Virus record (IMG/VR): IMGVR_UViG_3300033463_000114
Location: 451-64,450 of that record
Source: a virus
Taxonomy: Duplodnaviria; Caudoviricetes
Length of the DNA stretch: 64,000 nucleotides
Direction: 5' to 3' (one strand)
Position 1 is the first letter of the stretch. Each line of letters opens with the position of its first letter. Below are positions 16,643 to 26,265 of this stretch, piece after piece. The position numbers and the translations under genes are program-made. The notes below the pieces were generated by a model. It ran no database searches and was not told the origin of the DNA. It saw nothing but the letters and a program-made list of their open reading frames with translations.

Positions 16643-18726
16643 TTTCAACAGCCACACAGACGATCTCCTGCACGGTGTCGCGCGTAGTCCACCCGCGCGA
16701 GCCGTTCACTGACGGACAGCCTCGCTTCTGCGTGCTTCTCACGTCTGCGGGGAAGGCGACCGGCATGTTGCCGTTCTACCCCGAGACTGGGATGCGCCTC
16801 AAGCTCACGGGCGAGCGCCGAGAGTACAACGGAGAGCTCCAGTTCAAGTTCTCGCGCGCCTTGCACGACGCGCCAGCCGACCCGAAGGCCCTTCTCGACT
16901 ACGTTGCCTCCATCGCAAAGGGCATCGGCCCAAAGACAGCCGAGCGAATATGGGCGGAGTACGGCGCGGAATGGCAGGAGCGCATCGACGACATGAAACC
17001 GTCCGTGTCGCTCGCCCTGCACCGCACGATGGACGCGCTCGCCGCGAACAAGGCGCGCTCCGAGCTGACGGTGTACATGATTTCCATTGGCGGATCCCCG
17101 CGCATGGCGGACGCGGCGTGGGCGGCGTGGGGCGAGAACGCCGCCGCGACGATAGAGGCGAACCCTTACCTCCTCGCAACGCTCCCCGGCCTCGGCTTCA
17201 AAACGGTTGACGGCGACATCAGGAAGCATTTCAAGATCGGCGACTCCGACATCCGCCGCGCGACGGCGGCGATCGACTACGCGCTCCGCGACATGATGGA
17301 ATCCTCCGGCGATTCAGTGGTGTCGCGCGACGCGCTGTACTCGCAGTTCCACGAGCTGAACGTGCCGCGCTCCGTGGCGTCGATTGCGATGGCGAAGCTC
17401 GTCGGAAGCGGGCGCGTGGTGTTCGTCGGCATGGACAAGGTGACGACGAGCCAGGTGGTGAAGCACGAGGGGGACTTGTACAGGTACATTACCGACAATG
17501 CGTCAAGCCAGCCCGCAAAACTGTTCATCCCGTACGATGCAATACGCGACATCGACGTGAAGTTCGACGACTCGCAGGTGATTGCAATAGCGGCGGCGAC
17601 GTCCAACGTCGGGCTGACCGTAATCAACGGCGGTGCAGGTGCGGGCAAGACAACGATCATCAAGGCTATTTGCAACATCCTAGAATCTCGCGGCTGCTCC
17701 GTAGACCTCTGCGCGTTCGCAGGCAAGGCCGCCGCACGACTTCGCGAGGCAACGGGCCACCGCGCCTCGACCATCCACTCCATGCTTGCCTTTTCGGGAG
17801 AAGGCTTGGGTTTCACGGCAGGGAACCTGCATGGCTGGTCGGTGGTCGTGGACGAGGCGTCGATGGTCCCGTCCTCGCTCCTTTTTGAAATCACCAAGCG
17901 CGACCCCGAGCGGCTGATTCTCGTCGGCGACCAGGCACAGCTCCAGCCGGTCGGCATCGGCTCGCCGTTCCACGACGTTATCGACACGTTGCCGACAGTT
18001 GTTCACACGCTGACCACCTGCTACCGCAACAAGGAGGCCGTGTTCGCCGCCGCGTCGCAGGTGCGCAACGGCGATCTCCCCGACGAGGGCAAGTCCCGCA
18101 ACGAGGAGTTCGCCGTCATGCGGTTCGACACGCCAGAGGCCGTCCACGCCTACATCGACGAGCTCGTGAAGTCAGGCGCAATCGACTTCGACCACGATCT
18201 CGTGCTGTCGCCGCGCAACGGCGAGGGCGAGGAGCCCGCCGCCGCCACGGTGAAATCGCTCAACGCGAGCATACAGGCGTTGCAGAACCCGCACGAGGAA
18301 GGCGTGAAGTTCCTTGCGGAAGACCGCGTGATGTGTACCAAGAACTTCCCGAAGCTGGACATCTGGAACGGCACGACCGGATGGATTACGCGCGTTGACG
18401 GTGCGGGCAAGCCGTACTTCCTCCCCGACGGCGCGGATTCCGAGTACGACGAGATACGTCTCGGCGAGAAGGAGCAGCAGGCGGCGATCACGCCCGCGTG
18501 GTGCCTGACCGTCCACAAGGCGCAGGGGTCTCAGTACCGCGACGTGTACGTAGTCTGCCTCCGCCGCGACGCAGCGCGCCTGTTCGACCGCTCCATGCTC
18601 TACACGGCGATCACGCGCGCAAAGCGCAAGTGCGTCCTGCTGACCGACGACGGCATAGACCGCATCATCGGCGCCGTGCGCCGCCGCAACACGTACCTCC
18701 GCCATCTGTTCAAGGGGGAGCTGTGA
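16639..18726 (+). CDS. recD2: RecD2-like SF1B DNA helicase
   Basis: GGAGAGKTT, VVDEASM, LVGDQAQLQPVG, TVHKAQGSQY, YTAITRAK; N-terminal HhH-like region. Confidence 0.9.
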   Translation: MISTATQTISCTVSRVVHPREPFTDGQPRFCVLLTSAGKATGMLPFYPETGMRLKLTGERREYNGELQFKFSRALHDAPADPKALLDYVASIAKGIGPKTAERIWAEYGAEWQERIDDMKPSVSLALHRTMDALAANKARSELTVYMISIGGSPRMADAAWAAWGENAAATIEANPYLLATLPGLGFKTVDGDIRKHFKIGDSDIRRATAAIDYALRDMMESSGDSVVSRDALYSQFHELNVPRSVASIAMAKLVGSGRVVFVGMDKVTTSQVVKHEGDLYRYITDNASSQPAKLFIPYDAIRDIDVKFDDSQVIAIAAATSNVGLTVINGGAGAGKTTIIKAICNILESRGCSVDLCAFAGKAAARLREATGHRASTIHSMLAFSGEGLGFTAGNLHGWSVVVDEASMVPSSLLFEITKRDPERLILVGDQAQLQPVGIGSPFHDVIDTLPTVVHTLTTCYRNKEAVFAAASQVRNGDLPDEGKSRNEEFAVMRFDTPEAVHAYIDELVKSGAIDFDHDLVLSPRNGEGEEPAAATVKSLNASIQALQNPHEEGVKFLAEDRVMCTKNFPKLDIWNGTTGWITRVDGAGKPYFLPDGADSEYDEIRLGEKEQQAAITPAWCLTVHKAQGSQYRDVYVVCLRRDAARLFDRSMLYTAITRAKRKCVLLTDDGIDRIIGAVRRRNTYLRHLFKGEL

Positions 18727-18727
18727 C

Positions 18728-21325
18728 GTGAGCAAGGCAATCTACAACTGCGACGACGTGAAGCGGCTCGTGACGTGCCGCGCCTACCTTGAATCGCGCG
18801 GCATCCGCCTAGACGCGGCGAGCCGTTGCGTGGCGACGTGGCGCGGCGGCACGCATCCGAACGTCCACGTGAGCGTGAAGGACGGCACGGAGCTGTGGCA
18901 CGATTTCAAGACCACCCACGGCGGCACAGTCATAGACCTTTGCATGGAGGTGGAGGGGTTCACCGACGCGCAGATGGCGGCGAACGCCCTCGGCGAGCGG
19001 TTCAACGTGCCGCAGAAGCACAAGAAGCAGAAGCCAGCAGTCCGCACGCGCGGTCAGATGCTGACCGACACTGGCTTCTCACTCGTCACCACCTACGAAT
19101 ACGCCGACGTAGACGGCAATCCGATGTACTACGTGGACCGTTACGAGTGGCGCAATCCGTTCTCGCCAGTCCCGGACGGATTCAAGCGCAAGGAGTTCGT
19201 TCAGCGCACGCCCGAGCACGAGGGGCTTGATGCCGACACGCCACAGCTCCTGTACAAGCTCCCGCAGGTCGCGGCGGAGACCGGCACGGTGTACATCGCG
19301 GAGGGCGAGAAGGACGTGGAGACGCTTTGCGCGTGGGGCCTTACCGCGACAAGCAATTCCGGCGGCGCGTCCAAGGGCGGGTCGAAGAAATGGCCTACCG
19401 CCATGAACAAGTACCTCGTTGGCAAGGACGTGGTGGTCCTAGCCGACAACGACGAGAACGGGCAGGCGCACGCAGACAACCTCCGCGAAGTCCTCGCGCC
19501 CGTCGCGAAGTCGATCCGCGTGCTGACCGTATCGAAGCTCCCGAAGGGAGACGTTACCGACTGGGCCGAGCAGGAAGGCGGAACGAAGGACAGGCTCCTG
19601 GGGCTTGCAGCGGCCACGCTGCCCGTCGCAGTGCGCGCCGTGGAGGACGACGCGACGGCAACCGCCCTCGCAAACGCGAAGCTCGCCAACGAGACGCCGT
19701 TCGCCAACTACGTCGTCGCGTTTCGCGAGGGCTCGTCAGGCCGCAGCCGCCGCATGGACGAGCCGCGCCCGATCAACGACCTCGTTGCTGACGTGCACAC
19801 ACGCCTCCTCGGATTCCCAAAGCGCCTCGGCGACTACACCCTGTTCGACCATGACCGCGACACGGGGCGCATCGAGATACTTGACGGCAAGGACGCGCTC
19901 TTCGCGTGGATAGGTCAGAAGTCCAAGCGGTGCGTGGTGTGGAAGAAGATAGACGGCGCCGTGAGCAAGGGCGAACTCTACTCCGGCCTCCTCCGCGCCG
20001 CGCCGCGCTACGAGAAGACGAGCGACATCCCCGACTTCCCCATGCGGAAGGACGTGTACTACACGTTTGGCAACATCCAGAAGCCGACGCCCGGACACGG
20101 CGCGTTCAAGGAGCTCCTGTCGTTCTTCGACCCGGAGGACGACGCGTCCGCCGCGCTGCTCGCCGCGTTCTTCGCCTCGCCAATGTACTTCAAGTACGGA
20201 TTCCAGCGCCCGTGCTGGATCATCGACTCTCACGAGGCGCGAGGCGTGGGCAAGACCACACTCGTGAACCGCGTCGCGGAGCTGTACGGGTGCAAGCCAA
20301 TCTGCACGAACCGCAACGAGCTTGAGCGCAACGCGCAGGAGCTTTTGAAACGCATAGTGTCAGTGACTGGCCGCGCATCACGTATTCTGTTGCTCGACAA
20401 CCTCAAGGGCAAATTCGACGACCCGCAGTTCGCCGACCTCGTTACCGCGCCGTCGATTTCCGGCCGCGCCCCTTACGGCCACGGCGAGGAGTTCCGGCCT
20501 AACGACCTGACTTTCGTCATCACATCAAACTCCGCCGTCATCGGCTCGGACATCGCGAGTCGCGCGTTCATGGTGTTCCTGTCGCGCCCGCCCAAGAAGC
20601 AGAACTGGACGCGCGACGTGATCAAGCACATCACGGACTGCCGCATGGAAATCCTCGGCGACATCTACGACATCTGCAATTCCGTCCGCGCACCGGAGAG
20701 CCTCCGCACCTACACGCGCGTCCCGGACTTCGAGCGCGAGGTGGTGTACCCAATGTGCGGTGACGAGAAGCGGTTTGCATCCGCGATGGAGTCCATGCTC
20801 GCCGCGCGCGACAGCGCAAACTCAGACGCCGAGATCGCCCGCGATGCGGTTGACACCATCCGCGACGAACTACGCAAGACAATAACAGGCTTTGACCCAG
20901 ACACTGGCATCGTCTTCCTCCGCACGAACGTCGTGACGTTCTGGCTGAAGAACCTCAAGCTCGACGCACAGGACGTGTGGAACATGGTGAACACCAAGCA
21001 GATAAGATGCTTCCACAGGACTATCAAGTCGTTCCCGCGCCACGGTTCGCACCCGCTTCGCGGACGCGGGTTCATGTACATCGGCCCGAACGTCATCCCT
21101 CCAGAGACGGCAGAGGTGAAAATCCTCCGCATGTCTGGCGAGAAGTCCGTCGTCATCGCCGGGAGCGAGCCGTCGCAGCGACTGATGCGCGACCTCGCGG
21201 ACGAGGGTTGGTTCGCGCGGGCTACGTCCGTGGTGGACGCCGACGCAGAGTGGAGCGACGAGCAGGCGGACGCGCCGCAACAGCAAATCTCTAATGAAAT
21301 CCCAACGGAGGCATTGCCGCTATGA
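18728..21325 (+). CDS. DNA primase (TOPRIM) fused to P-loop NTPase/helicase
   Basis: GTG start; YIAEGEKD, LADND; GVGKTTL, LLLDN, VITSN. Confidence 0.85.
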   Translation: MSKAIYNCDDVKRLVTCRAYLESRGIRLDAASRCVATWRGGTHPNVHVSVKDGTELWHDFKTTHGGTVIDLCMEVEGFTDAQMAANALGERFNVPQKHKKQKPAVRTRGQMLTDTGFSLVTTYEYADVDGNPMYYVDRYEWRNPFSPVPDGFKRKEFVQRTPEHEGLDADTPQLLYKLPQVAAETGTVYIAEGEKDVETLCAWGLTATSNSGGASKGGSKKWPTAMNKYLVGKDVVVLADNDENGQAHADNLREVLAPVAKSIRVLTVSKLPKGDVTDWAEQEGGTKDRLLGLAAATLPVAVRAVEDDATATALANAKLANETPFANYVVAFREGSSGRSRRMDEPRPINDLVADVHTRLLGFPKRLGDYTLFDHDRDTGRIEILDGKDALFAWIGQKSKRCVVWKKIDGAVSKGELYSGLLRAAPRYEKTSDIPDFPMRKDVYYTFGNIQKPTPGHGAFKELLSFFDPEDDASAALLAAFFASPMYFKYGFQRPCWIIDSHEARGVGKTTLVNRVAELYGCKPICTNRNELERNAQELLKRIVSVTGRASRILLLDNLKGKFDDPQFADLVTAPSISGRAPYGHGEEFRPNDLTFVITSNSAVIGSDIASRAFMVFLSRPPKKQNWTRDVIKHITDCRMEILGDIYDICNSVRAPESLRTYTRVPDFEREVVYPMCGDEKRFASAMESMLAARDSANSDAEIARDAVDTIRDELRKTITGFDPDTGIVFLRTNVVTFWLKNLKLDAQDVWNMVNTKQIRCFHRTIKSFPRHGSHPLRGRGFMYIGPNVIPPETAEVKILRMSGEKSVVIAGSEPSQRLMRDLADEGWFARATSVVDADAEWSDEQADAPQQQISNEIPTEALPL

Positions 21326-21915
21326 TCATACATACTTACAAGAACGACCGCGGCATGACCGCGAGCACGGACGGCACGCGCTGGTGGGCCGGCGCGGAGG
21401 CAGACGAGGCTTCAATCGCAATCGTGGAGTTGCAGCCGGTGTCCACCCTGTTTCCAGTCGTGGACGGAGGCGTGAGCGGCGCGACCGTCGCAAAGGCACG
21501 CGCCGTGTTCATTTCATCGCTGCGAAAGACGGCGCCGACCGTCGCGCCGAGCGACGACGTGGAGCGCGCAATCCTCCGCACGGCGTGGGACGACGCGGTG
21601 AAGTTCGCAGAATCGCACATGGTGTTCAGCGTCGGCTTGCCGGTGTTCGACACGAAGATGCTGCTCGTCGGCACGGCTGACGCGCTGTGCAAGGACGAGC
21701 GCGGCGCGGTGTATTCGTACTGCTACGCGCCGGACGGCTTTGCGTACGGCGGCGAGGTCAATACGGTGGTGCGTATGCTCCAACGAGGATTTCCAATCGA
21801 CGCGGAGGACGATCCGCACGGGACATACACGCTCCGCGAGCTGTCGCGCGCGCTGCTTGCGGTGGTCAACCGCGACAACACGGAGTGGTACGCGAAGAAG
21901 CGAGAGCAATTTTGA
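21322..21915 (+). CDS. Hypothetical protein, possibly degenerate PD-(D/E)XK nuclease
   Basis: LVGTADALC resembles the GxxD motif; no clear E-x-K. Confidence 0.5.
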   Translation: MIIHTYKNDRGMTASTDGTRWWAGAEADEASIAIVELQPVSTLFPVVDGGVSGATVAKARAVFISSLRKTAPTVAPSDDVERAILRTAWDDAVKFAESHMVFSVGLPVFDTKMLLVGTADALCKDERGAVYSYCYAPDGFAYGGEVNTVVRMLQRGFPIDAEDDPHGTYTLRELSRALLAVVNRDNTEWYAKKREQF

Positions 21916-21937
21916 CAAACAAAAAGGAGACGCAGAA

Positions 21938-22084
21938 ATGATCGAACTCACAAAGACCAAGATTGCGATGGCGGACGAGATCGTGCGCCTGCGCCGCGCG
22001 CTCACTTGGGCGTGGCTTGCGATAGCCGCGCTTTCGCTTACCACGATAGGCGCTTGCCTCATCGCGTGGGAGGTGGCGAAATGA
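21938..22084 (+). CDS. Small membrane protein
   Basis: AAAGGAG RBS; one TM helix. Confidence 0.6.
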   Translation: MIELTKTKIAMADEIVRLRRALTWAWLAIAALSLTTIGACLIAWEVAK

Positions 22085-22494
22085 ATACGCGGAAGAAGAA
22101 CAAGTTTCTCAATGCCACGATTGCAAAGATGAATGAGATCATTCGTCTCAAGGATGAGATATGCGACAATGAGACCAGTCTTAAACACGCATACCGAGAA
22201 GAAGTGGAATCATTGAAGCGTTCGTTGTTTGGCGAAAACCCTCCAGCAAATCCAATCGTGGCGCGCAGAAACATCATGATAGACGACAGAGAGTGTGGGG
22301 CACTTCCGTGCTTTCTCGTGCGCCTCACCAGACAAGGACGTGCTTATGACGACTACGAAAACGTGTCCATGTATTCGGCTGACTTAGTAATGGATAGAAA
22401 CGCAGTATTGACAGGACTTGAAGCTCATGTTGCGTTTGACGCCATACGGTCGCTGATGGAATTCGTTGTGCATGGAGGTAGCACGCACAACTAA
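22081..22494 (+). CDS. Hypothetical protein, low GC
   Basis: GGAGG RBS; AT-richer codons. Confidence 0.65.
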   Translation: MNTRKKNKFLNATIAKMNEIIRLKDEICDNETSLKHAYREEVESLKRSLFGENPPANPIVARRNIMIDDRECGALPCFLVRLTRQGRAYDDYENVSMYSADLVMDRNAVLTGLEAHVAFDAIRSLMEFVVHGGSTHN

Positions 22495-22635
22495 ACGGAT
22501 TTCCCTGCACGGGTGTGCGGGGGCCGTCCGCGCGTGGCCGACACGCCGGATAGCGGATGTGCGGTGGGTTGGTGTTTATCCCTTTGCGCGCGGGCGGCTT
22601 GTTTCTTGAACAACAGAAAAGAGAAGGACAGACAA

Positions 22636-23049
22636 ATGAGAATCGAGACAGACTTGGACGGCGAAGTTGTAGGCGCGATAGATCGGCACTACCTCAACGC
22701 GAAAGAGAAGCACCCGTACTTCTGCGACGGGATTACAGGCGGAGACATCTATGGGCTTGTTAGCGAAAACTCTCACAAGTGGTCTTATAACGGGCAACAT
22801 GAGTATTATAGCGGAGAGTTGAGATTGCGAAGAGACGAGGTTATACACATGTCAAAGAACGGGACACTTAAAGCAGAACACGTCCTTGCATGTGAATATT
22901 ACGAAATGCTTGAGGCTTATGCTCGCGGAGACACCGCCACCGCCGTCGAGGAGTGCTACGACGCGATCGCCGTCCTCCTGCGCGTAGTTGATGTGCTGCA
23001 AGGGCGGCAGGCGTTGGGCAAGCCGAAGGAAAGCGAGGTTGCGCGATGA
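22636..23049 (+). CDS. MazG-like / all-alpha NTP pyrophosphohydrolase-like protein
   Basis: AKEKHPYF...EYYEMLEA...AVEECYDAIAVLLR pattern. Confidence 0.5.
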   Translation: MRIETDLDGEVVGAIDRHYLNAKEKHPYFCDGITGGDIYGLVSENSHKWSYNGQHEYYSGELRLRRDEVIHMSKNGTLKAEHVLACEYYEMLEAYARGDTATAVEECYDAIAVLLRVVDVLQGRQALGKPKESEVAR

Positions 23050-23246
23050 GCAAGAGGTACAGACCATTGACATGTTGCGACCGCGACTGCGCGGCGTCAA
23101 ACCATTGCGGCGCGATGGGCGGCGTACAATGCCCTGATTGCGGGTGTTGGATATGCCCGATTGAAGGTGACGAGGACGGGCGGTGCGATGACTGCGCGGA
23201 GCGGCACAGGCTCGAAATGGAAGAAGAACAGGAGGACAAACGATGA
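23046..23246 (+). CDS. Small Cys-rich protein
   Basis: Multiple CxxC. Confidence 0.55.
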   Translation: MSKRYRPLTCCDRDCAASNHCGAMGGVQCPDCGCWICPIEGDEDGRCDDCAERHRLEMEEEQEDKR

Positions 23247-23956
23247 AAGCATACAAAGGATTTAACAAGGACATGACTTGCCGAGGATTCCAGTACAATG
23301 AAGGCGGCGAGTACGAGACGGACGAGGCGAAGGTTTGCGACAGCGGCTTCCACGCTTGCGAGAACCCGTTGGATTGTCTCGCCTATTACCACCCCGCCGA
23401 AGGCTCCGTTTTTCATGAGGTGGAATTGGGCGGCGATATTCAGCGCGGCGACGACGACACCAAATGTGCCGCAACAAAAATCAAGATTGGCGCACGGTTG
23501 ACACTTGCCGGGATGATCAAAGCGGGGCTTGATTTCGTTTTTGCGAAAGTCAAGAAATCTAAAACTCCGGCGGCAACATCCGGCTACCTCTCGACGGCGG
23601 CAACATCCGGCGACCGCTCGACGGCGGCAACATCCGGCGACCGCTCGACGGCGGCAACATCCGGCGACCTCTCGACGGCGGCAACATCCGGCTACCTCTC
23701 GACGGCGGCAACATCCGGCGACCGCTCGACGGCGGAAGTACACGGCAAGGAATCCGTCGCCGTAGTGACCGGGATTGACAGCAAGGCGCGAGGTTGCGTT
23801 GGCAGTTGGCTTGTGCTTACAGAGCGCGATGACAACTGGCACATTTTGGAGGTCAAAGCGATTTGCATAGACGGCAAGAAGTACAAGCCCGACACGTGGT
23901 ACAAATTGAAAGACGGCAATGTCGTTGAGGCAGATGAGGTGGAAGATGGCGAGTGA
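23243..23956 (+). CDS. DUF7666-like phage protein with nonapeptide repeats
   Basis: MKAYKGFNKDMTCRGFQY...GFHACENPLD; six AATSGDRST-type repeats. Confidence 0.75.
   Translation: MKAYKGFNKDMTCRGFQYNEGGEYETDEAKVCDSGFHACENPLDCLAYYHPAEGSVFHEVELGGDIQRGDDDTKCAATKIKIGARLTLAGMIKAGLDFVFAKVKKSKTPAATSGYLSTAATSGDRSTAATSGDRSTAATSGDLSTAATSGYLSTAATSGDRSTAEVHGKESVAVVTGIDSKARGCVGSWLVLTERDDNWHILEVKAICIDGKKYKPDTWYKLKDGNVVEADEVEDGE
23570..23731 (+). repeat. Six 27-bp in-frame tandem repeats
   Basis: Unit GCGGCAACATCCGGC-N5-CTCGACG style, near-identical copies. Confidence 0.9.
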
Positions 23957-24545
23957 GAACGGACAGGAGAAGCGCGAGACGCTTGCTGACATCGTTGCGG
24001 AGATGCGCAAAGTCAAAGGCTTTCCCGTTCCGTATGCCCCGAGTGGGTACGACGGCGTATGGGCGACAGATTTGATCGATTTCGCCGACCGCATCGAGGC
24101 GGCGTGGAAGCGTGAGCGCGCGGAGATCGAGGCGCAAGCCCTGTCCATTGGCGGAATTGTCGAGTCGTCACGGCATAAGCAGAAGCCGCAGGGCAACGCG
24201 GCGGCGATGCGCGATGCGCTGGTTTGCCTGAAGAATACAGAACTGGCCTTTTGCGAGAATAACGTAAGGCTAGGTGTCGGTCTGACGGCGCTTGGCATGG
24301 AACTTCATTGCAGAATAATGCGCGAACTTATCGAACCCGCGCTCGCCGCGCCGCCGAGGAATTGCGACCTTAAAGAATTATCTACTGATGAAGGCATTGT
24401 TTCCGCACATGAGAGATTCTGTGAGTCTTGGCATGACGGTGGAAAAACTTGCGCCGAGTGCCCTAATAATCCTAAGTCGCCGTTGATTAAATGTCGGGAA
24501 AAGTGGCTCTTAGCCCCGTCGGCGGAGAAAGGAGCGACGGAATGA
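23946..24545 (+). CDS. PRNCD-motif family protein, copy 1
   Basis: GNAAAMRDAL...ALAAPPRNCD...WLLAP. Confidence 0.7.
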   Translation: MASENGQEKRETLADIVAEMRKVKGFPVPYAPSGYDGVWATDLIDFADRIEAAWKRERAEIEAQALSIGGIVESSRHKQKPQGNAAAMRDALVCLKNTELAFCENNVRLGVGLTALGMELHCRIMRELIEPALAAPPRNCDLKELSTDEGIVSAHERFCESWHDGGKTCAECPNNPKSPLIKCREKWLLAPSAEKGATE

Positions 24546-24817
24546 CACATGACAGCTATTGCGAGACCGTGCCCGAACTTGTGGAGTTATCAAGACAATG
24601 CCAATACGGAGGCATCACGGGGCGTCCGTACAGGCTTAAAGGGTACTTGACACTTCCAGACGGAAGGCGATTCTGGCTAGGCGAGATTGCGGTCAAATAC
24701 GATGGGTGGGGCGATGGACTCATTACGGACGTAGTCCTAGAAATCCGTGCGTCAAAGTTTGAATTAGAGATTAGCGAAGAACAAACAACGGAGAACGGAG
24801 CGGGCAATGGAAAGTAA
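24542..24817 (+). CDS. Hypothetical protein
   Basis: AAAGGAG RBS, coupled. Confidence 0.6.
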   Translation: MTHDSYCETVPELVELSRQCQYGGITGRPYRLKGYLTLPDGRRFWLGEIAVKYDGWGDGLITDVVLEIRASKFELEISEEQTTENGAGNGK

Positions 24818-25085
24818 CGTGCAGAAGATGCGGGAGATTATAAAAGGATTCGTCGAAGCATTTGATGGCGACGGCATCGTCTATGGTTCAGAAGTAGATG
24901 GATTATTGGAACAAGCGAGATCCGCCCTCGCCCTCCCTTTGCGGAATTGCGACATGTTCGCGACTGTGAAAGACGCGGCGATTGAGTTCTCCAAACTCCG
25001 TAACAATCCTCATCCGTGTCCAGATTTCGTGTTCTCCGAATGGCTCCTCGCGCCTGCGGCGGAGCGGCAAGGAGAAACGAAATGA
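24807..25085 (+). CDS. PRNCD-motif family protein, copy 2
   Basis: SNVQKMREII...ALALPLRNCD...WLLAP. Confidence 0.7.
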   Translation: MESNVQKMREIIKGFVEAFDGDGIVYGSEVDGLLEQARSALALPLRNCDMFATVKDAAIEFSKLRNNPHPCPDFVFSEWLLAPAAERQGETK

Positions 25086-25279
25086 ACGGGTTTGACGAAA
25101 TCTGCCCAGGCTGTAAATATCGGAAAATATCCTACGAACCAAAGGCCGATGATTACGGACAAGACCCATTCGGGTGTTACTGTAACAAAAGTGAGTATGG
25201 AATAAGCCGTTGCCCTCGTGCGGCCGAATGGAGACATTATTTCGCTAGGAAGCGGAAAGGAGAGGAAAATGGAAGGTAA
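25082..25279 (+). CDS. Small Cys-containing protein
   Basis: AAGGAG RBS, coupled. Confidence 0.55.
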   Translation: MNGFDEICPGCKYRKISYEPKADDYGQDPFGCYCNKSEYGISRCPRAAEWRHYFARKRKGEENGR

Positions 25280-25667
25280 TCAGAAAAAAATGCGCGAGGC
25301 GCTTGTTGAGTCCAAGAAGATTTTGTGGAAGATTGCGAGAATGCTGAACTCTGGTCCAACTCACCCGGCGATGGCCGAACTACAAGCAGATGTCATCCTG
25401 TCAGTGGCAAACGAGGAAATCCCAAACGTTCAGATAAAGATTGGTAAAGCCCTCGCCAAGCCGCCGAGGAACTGCGACGTCGGCACGGCGGAGGAGCAGG
25501 GCAAGCGGTGGGAACGCAACTGCGGACACGGAATACCTAGATGCGGCAAATGTGCAGTATATGCCGAAGCCAAAAGGCTCGGACTTGTAAAAAATAGACA
25601 TCTAATGGCTTGTGACTGCAAGTTTATATGGGCGCAGATGCCCTACGATGAAGGAGGCGCGGCATGA
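25269..25667 (+). CDS. PRNCD-motif family protein, copy 3
   Basis: GNQKKMREAL...ALAKPPRNCD...WAQMP. Confidence 0.7.
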   Translation: MEGNQKKMREALVESKKILWKIARMLNSGPTHPAMAELQADVILSVANEEIPNVQIKIGKALAKPPRNCDVGTAEEQGKRWERNCGHGIPRCGKCAVYAEAKRLGLVKNRHLMACDCKFIWAQMPYDEGGAA

Positions 25668-25897
25668 GCGCATCTATCAGAATCAAAATCATGGGCGGCA
25701 CGGACATTAAATCTGCCTACTATGACTGCGCCGCCGTATCGGAACGCCTCGGCGGAATGCCTGTCGAGACAAGTTTCAACGGCGTGAATATGTTCTACCA
25801 TAATCAGCCGCTAATAGAATGGCATAACGAATACAACAGTAGGCTATTCGGCATAGCGAAAGCAGAGAGCAAGGGAGACCTGTGCCATGAGGATTGA
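25664..25897 (+). CDS. Hypothetical protein
   Basis: AAGGAGG RBS, coupled. Confidence 0.6.
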   Translation: MSASIRIKIMGGTDIKSAYYDCAAVSERLGGMPVETSFNGVNMFYHNQPLIEWHNEYNSRLFGIAKAESKGDLCHED

Positions 25898-26039
25898 GTG
25901 GATTTTCCCGACGGTGCTGATCGCGCTCGACCTCTGCGCCGCCGTGGTCTGCGCCGCGAAATGCGAGTGGCGCATGGCGTGCTACTGGAGTGCCGCAGCG
26001 ACGCTCACCGCGTGCGTCACCTACACGGGAGGCAGGTGA
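25887..26039 (+). CDS. Small two-TM membrane protein (50 aa)
   Basis: Manual translation MRIEWIFPTVLIALDLCAAVV...YWSAAATLTACVTY. Confidence 0.55.
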   Translation: MRIEWIFPTVLIALDLCAAVVCAAKCEWRMACYWSAAATLTACVTYTGGR

Positions 26040-26040
26040 A

Positions 26041-26265
26041 ATGGGTTTTCTAAGAGAGTTGTGGTACGCGATAAGTGACGGCTTTAAGATTGCTTACTCG
26101 AAAGACAAGTCGTGCAAGAATTGCCATTACATGATGCCATGTTCGCTTGCAGACCTCGAAAAGCCATACGACGAGCGAAAAAAAGAATGTTTCGCATCTT
26201 GCGGCAATAACATGGGGATGCTTTGCGAGGCATGGCGTCCACAAAGGGAAGGAGGCGCGAAATGA
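26041..26265 (+). CDS. Small Cys-containing protein
   Basis: GGAGG RBS. Confidence 0.55.
   Translation: MGFLRELWYAISDGFKIAYSKDKSCKNCHYMMPCSLADLEKPYDERKKECFASCGNNMGMLCEAWRPQREGGAK

Noticed and set aside
23570-23731. Possible CRISPR array
   Set aside because: Units are contiguous 27-bp in-frame coding repeats with no unique spacers, and no cas genes are present
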